Source: an uncultured bacterium | Lineage (GTDB): Bacteria > Verrucomicrobiota > Kiritimatiellia > RFP12 > UBA1067 | Length of the DNA stretch: 64,000 nt | Direction of reading: 5' to 3' | Assembly: GCA_902801025.1 (NCBI GenBank) | Contig: CADCGZ010000001.1 | Location: 11,091-75,090 of the forward strand | In this document: positions 23,601 to 28,362 of the stretch, piece by piece | Layout: each line of letters starts with the position of its first letter | How positions within the stretch are numbered: position 1 is the first letter of the stretch | Translations under genes and position numbers: made by a program | Notes under the pieces: model-generated | The model's database searches: none | The model's input: only the letters and a program-made list of their open reading frames with translations | Told to the model about the DNA's origin: nothing

Positions 23601-24769
23601 AGTGCCACTACGAGTGGACGGCGCCCATTTGCGTGGACGATCTGGTCGCCATCAACGGCAGGACGGCGCGCTTCGCGAACGACAAACGGTACGCCTGGCG
23701 CGTGACGCTTGCGAACGCCCGGTTCCGCGAGAACTGGTCGGTGCAGGGGCATTTCCACATGAACGTGCCAGAGCCATCGCGGGAATGTGGCAAGGCCCAA
23801 GTGGCCGTCCGCTACTACGGCCCCTCCAATGTCGCAAACGGCTCCGTCATCAGGGTCGAGGCGTTCACGACGCCCGACTTCTCGGGAGAGCCGGTCTCTC
23901 GCGGCTATGTGACGAACAAGTCCGACATCGCCTCGGCGGATGCGATCACCGTTGCGAACGCGACGCTTCCTGGGCTCAAGACCGGCAGCTACTACATCCG
24001 CGCCTACATTGACACGCTGTCCAACGGCATGCACGAGGGTTGGGAGTCGTGGGGTTGCTACTGCACGCGTGACGTCGCGACTGGCACGATCTACACGCCG
24101 AAGAGCGTGACGGTTGGGCCGGAGATCGGCGGGGGCGACATCATCCCTGTCTACATCGATGACTGCGATACCGATCGGGACTGCCTGCCCGATGCGTGGG
24201 AATGGGCGTCGAACGGCAATCTCTCGACGTATGGCTCCGCGCAGATCGACCAGACCGCGACGGGTGGCTTTGCGCTGAAGACGTCCCTTGGCCAGAACCT
24301 GAGGTCCGGCGGCTCGCCGTCGGGCGGGCTTGCGGTGATGGTTAGCCGCGTGCTCTCGTCGCCGCGCATCGCCGCGCAGATTGTCGGCGTCGACGCGACT
24401 GGAACCGACGAGCAGGTCAATGCGACGCTTGCAAACGTCTCCGCCGATGCCGAGGCGACGCCTGTTGCCGTTGCGATCACGGCGATTGCGCTTGACCGCA
24501 CGGCCGGCACCGTCTCCATCTCGGCCGACACCGAGGGTGCAGCGTCCGGCGACGCGGCGTCGCAGATATACACGATACCAGGCGGCGCCGACACGCTTGA
24601 GCTGACTTGCAAGGTCCTGCACCGCGATTCGCTCGACTCTGGCGACTGGACGGTGATCAAGACCGAGAAGGTCACGATCGAGAAGAAGTCCAGGACGTAC
24701 ACGTTCGACCTCGGCTCGTCGCCGATCGACCTCTCGAGCGGGTTCTTCAAGGTTTCTCTGGAAAAATAA
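8651..24769 (+). CDS. giant secreted protein (5372 aa) with many thrombospondin-type-3-like Ca-binding repeats, a LamG-type domain and a duplicated ~470-aa C-terminal module
   Basis: Signal peptide MKKKLTTLALTAALGLFAGPFAKA. More than 15 DxDxDGxxDxxE repeats (DTDGDGMPDGWE, DFDGDGLTDLEE, DTDADGLPDWWE, DPDKDGLPNYAEY...). LamG-like module ending VDEVRIWDGVRTASEISANYAKKM (nt ~16440-17200). TAA at 24767-24769. Confidence 0.9.
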   Translation: MKKKLTTLALTAALGLFAGPFAKAADGDIYDIVPCTEYGVDRGAWTIPDDPFGSGVDVYFKIRLVAREFNGAAPVSLWRLDYDGLISPSVVSNLYPMQIGIYVSGRQTFAKLDTVLAEGNYTTALIFKYTTKPGDFAMPIRLATAAGPAGDAIGNGEYVFNPATSYWKMSRYDSSNNSISDCNWTFTSDNTRIGRAITDIGRSPVTDYSLQDCGIYVKTVDFSNDWEDAAYWRSIHENSTITGGGISPRLAITAPSDEKRSFYVWSSDESKIKVKASGSVTVSPVTMQIDSSGTMDTFQVAKVSFEGGSGDPVPFLVEAQPNSSGDTANLILSAYDHFNYSASSTDQLIDYITVPVKCIEALPASVIVESADKSITADNDYMTAKTSLAVYLSQAVETNVTITIKTTFEDDATKTDWGNYVRFSTSANTVQTLPVDNEVTITIPAGSTEKRIVYIYALRGDSHTTGDGHQVKFTPYVDPAVMAAAGIQDLTAAGLWISAAKPVITTPDSTSTYEVTAGEELEINVAVEDTYADMTDTATGYQVKIKTGSTASWTTLPERFKVTGEEGELIGLTSGNPPTIEYPSAGTQTSQIQVIAPISGKKSEIVTFTVNVAAAKTTSAMSLDPDPDNYVEGDIVHFRIALSSQNDTGAPIYAFLVCNEDVDLSMFGGTASKAILRDRTAAAPGSVGRQIGEVGSYADSSFTVLDGLSSDDGGLNYTFSVVLCRTKEYDPAQRLEGYATTEMLNITVYNKEPEFVTVSLNGFDADGDGYTFSNQYPKGQDQTIQPTFDDVSYDLKHGFSYKWTASRDGKAEVNGTVMHDTTGTVTTPTTTWNGNQCTTVVPDGENINECPIVYNFPRAGTWTVKIQMKDKDMTKISPVSYSISFVILSNPAITITADSSYDENLNAAKFDVGLGYFDSDDDIVVKLTVTPPAGTNPGSLVLDNEFKTVPAGYPALADNEYYVVFDSAQAISIGIDSMDGTRLSSSKGFVVRAEVVTTTQSVDPTMTWAEYYTPHETKIYVNNITPEFDYVTPENTNAWTVAGGAADSYPISWGIRNDVDYDFTTGWANGEGPGIKVSFKGCDNETTFYVTDTDPWSGTFIPNFGSRQKDQTVVLTIQDKDGGIQSWTYLYFIRPSKFLTTIPNGPTGFGNSDLSKKYSRTALKGGRGEGHLYVPGATFSDGTGWRQRWNCSSSAAVDVYAWGYHVGAFDNGWLNNERDIAIDEVGESTAKAAAADVTAGYYPYPDAEKDSFLYAWLISTPQTESGPPEWTLTLAPEQPSAKAEPATAYLPTATTEDESYIPVYAEAVFSKEWYPEDNLGDINQDGIPDYFAIATWGNGLSLITTMTGAENADADLTDIAAGNPDEDYIPGVWQAQGKLNLVNKELASYAPIGYPLNNRLELRGFHYGLNETSLTMSDVCFSTAETNAYKAAFKAKNNADWTEADGFDLNFWCPEPRGKGEQYRMDPTMDDTDSDGMPDGWEYFFWYQAKVWAPANEGLGKPRDGQLFVFERFNPNDIVRGIEIPAAEVLERFDPCVELDMTVKDFNPDFDGDGLTDLEELVIGTNPCHWDTDGDHMCDGWEVLHSLDPLNGSKVGNPDGDFMAYLSLRLYMAAEIPNADPNAPTTYVFDLGQELREPRDYETREIEMYAMKKYYDSNGFYIHTVSPKDANGDDNYPLYYYLDADGNMRYTVDENDPNAGANTIMRYTSMGAITVRDVPLTAALIAPEKLDATGAPYLYGLETDAPPIPIPAVWHWSYPMLDHKYTDADGNLVFRRGTYTIPEGTLLVNTTHILIHDQVEAAFGFDPRTGWYRNGAGYVADRWNPQINLDLAPTDSTGLAVNTDPYTDYDEYLVMRYRHDFGIRYYDDGKYDPGDIWATFLAFTTKPNIVYAKSDIEAMLNQTNATENATTYDTETSANLLATANISEYLANAFAEVGSTKSPVKGHGADTDGDGVPDGWELYKGRNPNAAPSRPTAVGRDREGFGEPWDKDGDLLGYTAEYAGTDSCNAYKDCPSIYNNHPGLHPAGEGFQQGWFNKFFPTDPDNPDTDGDGILDGYEGMAWRGTWYNGGNSYIVAPTAAGMTFIYGNPQDSITCCVRGGGMNPCTVDTDIDGLPDPWEMQYAGIAVDALTRKYVGPAPNFDPDIAEATFTSDGLNAAGFALASNVVYICGGMDATWGGDGFTDPLMNGNSTDALLGTVRDVDFDHDGLQNYQEYLVQQVRHFRYDDITTPLMGRYLDEGEYDLMNPMGPLLSNHVINEAPAFTPMMQDADQFVFTAIGNWGDGAVVSIVTNAIDSTVTINEFTGAEMTNFVYEVITNVVPGNTVIARKYYGDGYNYMYSTPWVAAGWRKNGYMASPIHYWDRMITCAVIQPSIMMPPAGVYVSTDPRLADTDGDGMDDYYEMFHGLNPLLGSTGAGAKDIIALAWGAPAFYNAFWNEWTHPDFNRIVALMGMPGSIADPTPLQAAAALDPFRYPWSMGAGEADPDGDGLRNDSERVTANLTSPMTTHTDPTPLWFTDTSSPASYTAQYYQNTMPVTAMPFWPLLVGFDDPYSPQTPDGGYGGFSYLYAFEENEGYDTDNDWKSDGHEIITTTRPGSDPLDFTDPARRQALYLDGNRSWVQSRAMFMRDIFEGKEPSATTVDFFKQFTVEAWIRPEKKAAQTILDRCSLYGYDAINKNEAAIRSNFRLGLTADGRVYGMFDNDDARDSGDNDTVSSQTVDGPEVPLNEWTHVAMTYDGKALLLYVNGIERGRKPTSLIPANGVTVIIQDPTYTNAFTQLSYEAVPGAFFIGGRPLPAGDGGAAAFDTATITYDAMNGDEWFKGYVDEVRIWDGVRTASEISANYAKKMTKADASANREEVYAHLMSPNADASRNDNDGKLRLTAELVQLYDFTTLPGAVNAADVATNPMGFDTAVRGQLVSKPAAFSENIGWWDACATKSTVYTDYAVMPWIENTVHHLPVMDGSVVDSFLYSDYLGGYTTTATQHELSKYALNNSAMPYPYHNYFLERYQRLFKLNLLAQTDPENFLLEDLVCRYEYEIRSDFIGTADLVPMGGAYSKTCPAMWDGNGVADAWEYTSVDTDADGLPDWWEDLYGLDPAGGYDWNSMVDWNGAQMPAYIAYTVDLALGMQPDGEYHPEYASTVDADADNIPDWWENLFGVAGYGAEDDPDKDGLPNYAEYLISFGPYPYGITNGWAFISPLNAYSTKADQRVPDYYLRAPKAFDDGGRHINANEYYGEIVTDHDFMESWWENSFPLAYVNSHVYDPDRDVDGDGWDNWSENRAATWYGTLLSDLITKYLSDDVSLKNYPQPAIGIRFTYPEGNIQDISGKSVVVRTMTAGRARTDATFTIVAPEAAEVGMAVYTVGAFIDNSTPIQGFLQPGNVVPTSCYVYGLHLSKEGVSYWGIPRSIYREDVQWRDGIRAPSSSGTYIATTTLTRADGTAVDCWYFRGTFPDYVADVRSYGRDNVILDNPALDFEIVGRAVSRDDGRIGDIIISSAQTTDQSVFGSINFITGEFTLNPAQLETAGLEPDGMLVKFEYTYSISTEWPQTLWLNNPSSGRVRQGLNTIEAWIDLNLDGVYTPGEPYGVVRNVNVGWHKTAETVIELKDTSTVIPRYLLADGSSDRAVVKGISSGVLPAEAAAGGEGGGASIAAAGLTADVLVRRVSLNGQPRVGDKTVPERVLVSKTVVLDDRAYLTEADVLSDDKFDLDWKWLAKDAEKLGITGVDLKTAEYEISTTATLPDGSSTNIALSTFVNTFNAQRVKPAPVSPTLVSPVYSAAPTFTFTSPDDTMTAFRLQVSTSTNAADVVYDSGIRTLPGRVPTAVGTIGCTFTPQLYVNDSVATNGAPVFVDGSNYFWRVTLMNAKYNSPDAGWGEWAEFQMDVANENRYPKLPTGYGKCGAVVRYFGPGEAPEGQVVVEVHKSADFAGQPLAQLRADVSQLDDIDDIDTVNAAFMGIEPGAVYLMAYIDANNNGRRDVNESWGYANYIGTAHLSIYTPRDVTVTDELYLTGEPPKVVIFIEDTDINRNEIPDCLEDADVSSSSAASGDTDRDGLLDEEEPSYATESTIWDTDGDGMPDGWEVKFADLDPNFNDAVEAAEGDVMAFVKQDCTIVTVRNTDGSDAVNYILKEGQLPPVRGDSIDGYSLYVPYDYPVVTSNGVESCYGRGAEVQLKAAAGTTNRVIDVSSGKVVLVHWQVYDEFGFNPRTANPVAFANGTAVNTKEFTALDKYLVIRYLEALGLCSEDEVNVKGQWAQYSLRPFDSDNDLDGIADGWELYVMFGHGGAQELSMEPSPKVISPWVFDDRSMDHDGDKLADVHEYDRGNYPTDPWDVDSDGDGVTDYFAWKYHLKGTDGVKDFDGDGLSNYVEYLLAEVFSIAEFSPDDAFSVNPNVSDYFYRLNELYVGEIFTDHDRVWDVWESGYFAKEDDVSPYVYDEMLDPDGDGWSNYSEFQAGTAPTKLGSLSVDAIQMDEYPVPTIELKLSYNGNQSVGDKAVVVKAWSDPKLVTIPDAVWTLGGQGNVSVTENGNSNIVTGVKYFGMNPMREMLVHLSPGSVVPGSVKFEFKDLAWVLYNELTEQGYLNDPVTALWEGGIIDQQRNDNSGLGDIVSQDETTKSLGTIDYATGEMKVDFAAFSEYFAIVGDISGRVTGNGWLSIYNLQKSYVRVNWQSKLIAGSTVTTYYLSEADKRSASNNSLGHVKEGLNTFVAFYDLDGDGMYTAGEPYGCAVGVDVGWNYARAEIELTDTHPVSARICCITGAAGGAAAAGSTGGGSSDSTLGQSDRKVLWGTEHGDIPPEMLLVSQETGGKYMHIRVVRTLIDGKDCTLYNVPARVVLDKEYLSVDSVRYLTEADFLANGALDIDWQDLANDLSKANVNGLAISNVTYRIVMGEGDVSNSATNNCVGAFNRWFDSLSVYNASKPILLDDDQMITAVSPTFKWAIPNGLGTYTAFRIEITGDGFAWDSGFQRMPPRIMDPGKDYKCHYEWTAPICVDDLVAINGRTARFANDKRYAWRVTLANARFRENWSVQGHFHMNVPEPSRECGKAQVAVRYYGPSNVANGSVIRVEAFTTPDFSGEPVSRGYVTNKSDIASADAITVANATLPGLKTGSYYIRAYIDTLSNGMHEGWESWGCYCTRDVATGTIYTPKSVTVGPEIGGGDIIPVYIDDCDTDRDCLPDAWEWASNGNLSTYGSAQIDQTATGGFALKTSLGQNLRSGGSPSGGLAVMVSRVLSSPRIAAQIVGVDATGTDEQVNATLANVSADAEATPVAVAITAIALDRTAGTVSISADTEGAASGDAASQIYTIPGGADTLELTCKVLHRDSLDSGDWTVIKTEKVTIEKKSRTYTFDLGSSPIDLSSGFFKVSLEK

Positions 24770-24777
24770 TTGAGGGG

Positions 24778-24795
24778 GCGGGCCTTCGGGCCCGC
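24778..24795 (+). terminator. GC-rich stem-loop directly after the giant gene (GCGGGCC-TTCG-GGCCCGC), no U-tract
   Basis: Perfect 7-bp stem with a TTCG tetraloop, 9 nt after the stop codon. The missing T-run makes intrinsic-terminator function uncertain. Confidence 0.35.
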
Positions 24796-24809
24796 GGGAA
24801 TACAACGAA

Positions 24810-25946
24810 ATGAAAAAGCAGATAAGGAAAGTTCTCGTAATCAACTCGGGCTCAAGCTCGCTCAAGTATCAGCTCTTCGACATGAAGACGGAGACGCGGC
24901 TCGCCAAGGGTCTCGTCGAGCGCATTGGCTGCGGCGGCCCCAAGGACCACGCCGCCGCGCTCGCCAAGGTCGTCGCGGATCTTGGCGACATGGCGAAGGG
25001 CATCGACGCAATCGGCCACCGCATCCTCCACGGCGGCGAGGTCTTCAAGGACTCCGCCGTGATGAACAAGGCGAACATGGCTAAGGCGAAGAAGCTCGTC
25101 AAGTTCGGCCCCTTGCACATGCCCGCCAACCTCGGCGGCGTCGAGGCGTGCGAGAAGATCTTCAAGGGAGTTCCGAACGTCGGCGTCTTCGACACGGCGT
25201 TCCACATTGCGACGATGCCCGACTGCGCGGGAATGTACGCGATCGACCCTAAGTACTACAAGAAGATGGGAATTAGGAAGTACGGCTTCCATGGCACCTC
25301 GCACAAGTTCATCACCCAGGCCGCCGCGAAGTTCCTTAAGAAGCCGCTTGCGAAGGTGAATCTCGTCACGTGCCATCTCGGCAACGGCTCGTCTCTCGCC
25401 GCGATCAAGAACGGCGGCGTCGTAGATACGTCGATGGGGCTCACTCCTCTCGCCGGCATGGTGATGGGGACGAGGTGCGGCGACATCGATGCCGCGGCGG
25501 TTCTCTCCATCATGGAGGCCGAGAAGCTCACGCCCGCCCAGACCGACACGCTGCTCAACAAGAAGTCGGGGCTTCTCGCGCTTACCGGCTCGAGCGACTG
25601 TCGCGACATCTGCACGATGGCCGACAAGGGCAACAAGCAGGCCGAGCTCGCGCTTGAGATGCTCGCCTACCGCGTCGCGCTCTACATCGGCGCGTACAAC
25701 ACAGTCATTGGCGGTGCGGACGCCATCATCATGACAGGCGGCATCGGCGAGAACTCGAAGGAGGTGCGCGAGAGGATCATCCGCCGTCTCGGCGCGCTCG
25801 GCATTAAGCTCGACCCGAAGGCCAACAAGGTCCGCGGCGAAGTCAAGATCATCAGCGCGAAGGGCTCGAAGATCCCCGTTGTCGTCATCCCCACCAACGA
25901 GGAGCTCATGATTGCTCGTGACACCGTGAAAGTGCTGGGAAAGTGA
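24810..25946 (+). CDS. ackA: acetate kinase
   Basis: 378 aa. N-terminal VLVINSGSSSLKYQLFDM matches the acetate/propionate kinase signature. HGTSH, CHLGNGSS and TGGIGENS motifs are present. Confidence 0.95.
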   Translation: MKKQIRKVLVINSGSSSLKYQLFDMKTETRLAKGLVERIGCGGPKDHAAALAKVVADLGDMAKGIDAIGHRILHGGEVFKDSAVMNKANMAKAKKLVKFGPLHMPANLGGVEACEKIFKGVPNVGVFDTAFHIATMPDCAGMYAIDPKYYKKMGIRKYGFHGTSHKFITQAAAKFLKKPLAKVNLVTCHLGNGSSLAAIKNGGVVDTSMGLTPLAGMVMGTRCGDIDAAAVLSIMEAEKLTPAQTDTLLNKKSGLLALTGSSDCRDICTMADKGNKQAELALEMLAYRVALYIGAYNTVIGGADAIIMTGGIGENSKEVRERIIRRLGALGIKLDPKANKVRGEVKIISAKGSKIPVVVIPTNEELMIARDTVKVLGK

Positions 25947-25950
25947 AATC

Positions 25951-26000
25951 GACCCTAAAGGACTCTAAAAGACTCTAAAAGACACTAATTGACCCTACTG
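25951..26000. repeat. 5 x 10-bp phased tandem words GACNCTAANN in the ackA-pta spacer
   Basis: GACCCTAAAG GACTCTAAAA GACTCTAAAA GACACTAATT GACCCTACTG. The same word family occurs inside kdsD, inside uvrA and in the hairpin after the secretin gene. Confidence 0.9.
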
Positions 26001-26002
26001 CT

Positions 26003-27040
26003 ATGAACGCAATCAAGAACATCATTGAAAAGGCCTCGAAGCTGAACGGAACGGTCGTTCTCCCCGAGGGCATGGACCCCCGCGTCATAACCGCCGCGTG
26101 CGCTTGCGTCGACCGCAAGATCGCGACGCCCGTCGTTCTCGGCACTCCCGCGGAAATCGCCGACGCAGAGGCGAAGGCCGGTCTCAAGCTCGCAGACCGC
26201 GGCATCAAGACGATTGACTATACGCAAGGCGACGCGGAACTCGAAGCCGCGTATCTCGAAGCGTGGAACGCAAAGGAGTCGAAGAAGCCGGCCGAGAAGC
26301 AGAAGATCATTGACCTCGCCGCAGCGCAGAAGACGCTCCGCACGAAGCGCATATACTTCGGCGGCATGATGGTTAAGCTTGGTCGCGTCAACGGTCTTGT
26401 CGCGGGTTCGATCGCCTCGACTGGCGACATGCTTCGCGCGGCGTTCCACACGCTTGGCACGCAGAAGGGCGTCAAGACGGCGTCGAGCTGCTTCATCCTC
26501 GACCTCAAGACCCCGACGGCGTCGGGCGACGAAGTGCTCGCGTTCGGCGACTGCGCGGTTATTCCCGATCCGACGGCCGAACAGCTCGTCGACATCGGCC
26601 TTGCTACGGCGCAGACCTACCGCGACCTCACCGGCAAGGAGCCGCGCGTCGCGTACCTCTCGTTCTCCACAAAGGGCTCCGCGGCGGGTCCGCTCGTCGA
26701 GAAGGTCCAGAAGGCCGTCGAGCTCGCAAAGCCCCGCTTCGAGGAAGCCGGCATCAAGATGGATGGCGAGCTGCAGTTCGATGCGGCGATCGTCCCTGCG
26801 ACCGGCAAGCAGAAGAACCCGAACGGCGCCGTGCAGGGCGACGCGAACGTCTTCATTTTCCCTGACCTCAACGCAGGCAACATCGGCTACAAGATCGCGC
26901 AGAGAATCGGTGGCGCCGACGCCATCGGGCCGAACCTCCAGGGACTCGCCAAGGCGATGAACGACCTCTCGCGCGGCTGCTCCGCCGAGGACATCGTTGG
27001 AACCATCTGTGTAACGCTGCTTCAGTCGACGACAAAGTGA
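26003..27040 (+). CDS. pta: phosphate acetyltransferase (short form)
   Basis: 345 aa. VVLPEGMDPRVI, the DCAVIPDP region and FIFPDLNAGNIGYKIAQR are typical Pta/PTA_PTB motifs. Located next to ackA. Confidence 0.95.
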   Translation: MNAIKNIIEKASKLNGTVVLPEGMDPRVITAACACVDRKIATPVVLGTPAEIADAEAKAGLKLADRGIKTIDYTQGDAELEAAYLEAWNAKESKKPAEKQKIIDLAAAQKTLRTKRIYFGGMMVKLGRVNGLVAGSIASTGDMLRAAFHTLGTQKGVKTASSCFILDLKTPTASGDEVLAFGDCAVIPDPTAEQLVDIGLATAQTYRDLTGKEPRVAYLSFSTKGSAAGPLVEKVQKAVELAKPRFEEAGIKMDGELQFDAAIVPATGKQKNPNGAVQGDANVFIFPDLNAGNIGYKIAQRIGGADAIGPNLQGLAKAMNDLSRGCSAEDIVGTICVTLLQSTTK

Positions 27041-28143
27041 CAGACAACAAGATGATCGAGCGCGCGAAGCAAGTCTTCGCAGTTGAGATCGAGGGTCTCG
27101 AGAAGACCCGCGACTCTCTCGGTGCATCTTTTGTCAAGGCGGTCCGGCTCATTCTCGACACTGTCGCGGACGGCGGCATTGTCGTCGTCTCCGGCGTCGG
27201 CAAGAACCTCCACATCGCCGAGAAGATGAGCGCCATCTTCTCTTCGACTGGCACGCGTTCGATCGTCCTCAATCCCGTGCAGGCGATGCATGGCGACCTC
27301 GGCATGGTCTCCGCGAAGGACGTCCTTATCGCGCTTAGCTTCTCCGGCGAGTCGGCCGAGGTCAACAACTTGATTCCCGCGATCCGCCGTCACGGGCTCA
27401 AGGTCATTTCGATGACTGGCCGCCCCGACTCGACGCTTGCGCAGATGAGCGATATCCACATCGAGATTCCGTGCGGCAAGGAGGCGTGTCCGTTCGGCAT
27501 GGCGCCGACGAACTCGACGACGGCGACGATGGCGATGGGCGATGCGCTCGCGATGGTGATGATCGACGCGCAGAAGTTCCCTGTCGAGGACTACGCGATG
27601 AACCATCCGGCGGGCGCGATTGGCAGGGCGCTTGTCATGAAGGTGACGGATGTCATGCGCTCGGGCGAGCGGCTTGCGAAGGTCGGCCCCGAGGCGACCG
27701 TTCTCGATGCGCTGATGGCGATGACGAAGGCGCAGGGCGGCAGTGCCATTGTCGTGGACGCGAGCGGCAAGCTGCTCGGCATCTTCACCGACGGTGACTT
27801 CCGCCGCATCATGAGCGAGAGGGGCAAGTTTGGGTCAAATAGCGTCGGTGTAGAGTCTGGTAGTGTCGGCAAGACCCTGAGCGACTCTAATTCGCCCCTA
27901 AGCGACGCTAAAGGACCCTATTCGACCCTAAGCGACGCTAAAGGACCCTATTCGACCCTAAACGACCCTATCTCCCTCTACATGACCAAGTCTCCGCTCT
28001 TCGTCTACGACGACGCGTATGCTGCGGAGCTCCTCAAGATCTTCGAGAGAAAGCGCATCGACGACCTGCCGGTGTGCGACAAGTCTGGCCGGGTGGTCGG
28101 ACTCGTGGACATCCAAGACCTGCCAAAGATGAAAGTATTGTGA
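27037..28143 (+). CDS. kdsD: KpsF/GutQ-family arabinose-5-phosphate isomerase (SIS + CBS pair) carrying a ~50-codon repeat-derived insertion
   Basis: SIS motifs VVVSGVGKNLHIAEKMSAIFSSTG and ALSFSGES, followed by a CBS pair. GTG 27037 overlaps the pta stop (GTGA); an alternative ATG lies at 27052. The protein is ~40-50 aa longer than typical KdsD, and the excess maps to 27828-27978. Confidence 0.9.
   Translation: MTDNKMIERAKQVFAVEIEGLEKTRDSLGASFVKAVRLILDTVADGGIVVVSGVGKNLHIAEKMSAIFSSTGTRSIVLNPVQAMHGDLGMVSAKDVLIALSFSGESAEVNNLIPAIRRHGLKVISMTGRPDSTLAQMSDIHIEIPCGKEACPFGMAPTNSTTATMAMGDALAMVMIDAQKFPVEDYAMNHPAGAIGRALVMKVTDVMRSGERLAKVGPEATVLDALMAMTKAQGGSAIVVDASGKLLGIFTDGDFRRIMSERGKFGSNSVGVESGSVGKTLSDSNSPLSDAKGPYSTLSDAKGPYSTLNDPISLYMTKSPLFVYDDAYAAELLKIFERKRIDDLPVCDKSGRVVGLVDIQDLPKMKVL
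27828..27978 (+). repeat. in-frame foldback word array inside kdsD: ~4 inverted words (nTAGnGTC) then ~11 forward 10-bp words (GACnCTAn), including a perfect 30-bp x2 duplication (27901-27960)
   Basis: Read directly from the sequence. It encodes KFGSNSVGVESGSVGKTLSDSNSPLSDAKGPYSTLSDAKGPYSTLNDPISL between the two CBS motifs. Confidence 0.9.
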
Positions 28144-28151
28144 TTAAAATA

Positions 28152-28296
28152 AGCCACAAAGAACAGGAGAAAACAGGAGAATGGGAAAGAAAGAACGTAA
28201 TATCACCTATTTGGTGATGAGGGATATTGAAATCGGTGCTGTTGAAATGTCAAATTGCCGAGACAATACCTCCTGTATCTCCTGTTCTTTGTGGCT
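28152..28296. repeat. foldback element: 28-29-bp imperfect inverted repeat (19 bp perfect AGCCACAAAGAACAGGAGA / TCTCCTGTTCTTTGTGGCT) around an AT-rich 88-bp core
   Basis: Left arm 28152-28180 contains AACAGGAGA twice. Right arm 28269-28296 contains the complement TCTCCTGT/CCTCCTGT twice. The core holds a sub-hairpin TCACC..GGTGA. Located between kdsD and the pilus-like cluster. Confidence 0.85.
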
Positions 28297-28362
28297 AAAC
28301 GATGGCGAGACCTGGGGCAACAGAGGAATTTAAGTTAAACCAAATAGGAAAGGAACAACAAA

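Noticed and set aside
19472-24865. 1797-aa ORF on the minus strand
   Set aside because: Same reasoning. It lies antisense to the C-terminal third of the 5372-aa gene and runs into ackA.
27891-27970. Possible CRISPR array (regular short repeats), also considered at 25951-26000 and 29066-29118
   Set aside because: The units are 7-10 bp with no unique spacers between them. No cas genes are present. One array lies inside an intact ORF.
28181-28333. 50-codon ORF inside the 28152-28296 foldback element
   Set aside because: It is below the track threshold, has no RBS, and reads through the repeat arm. No homology is recognisable.
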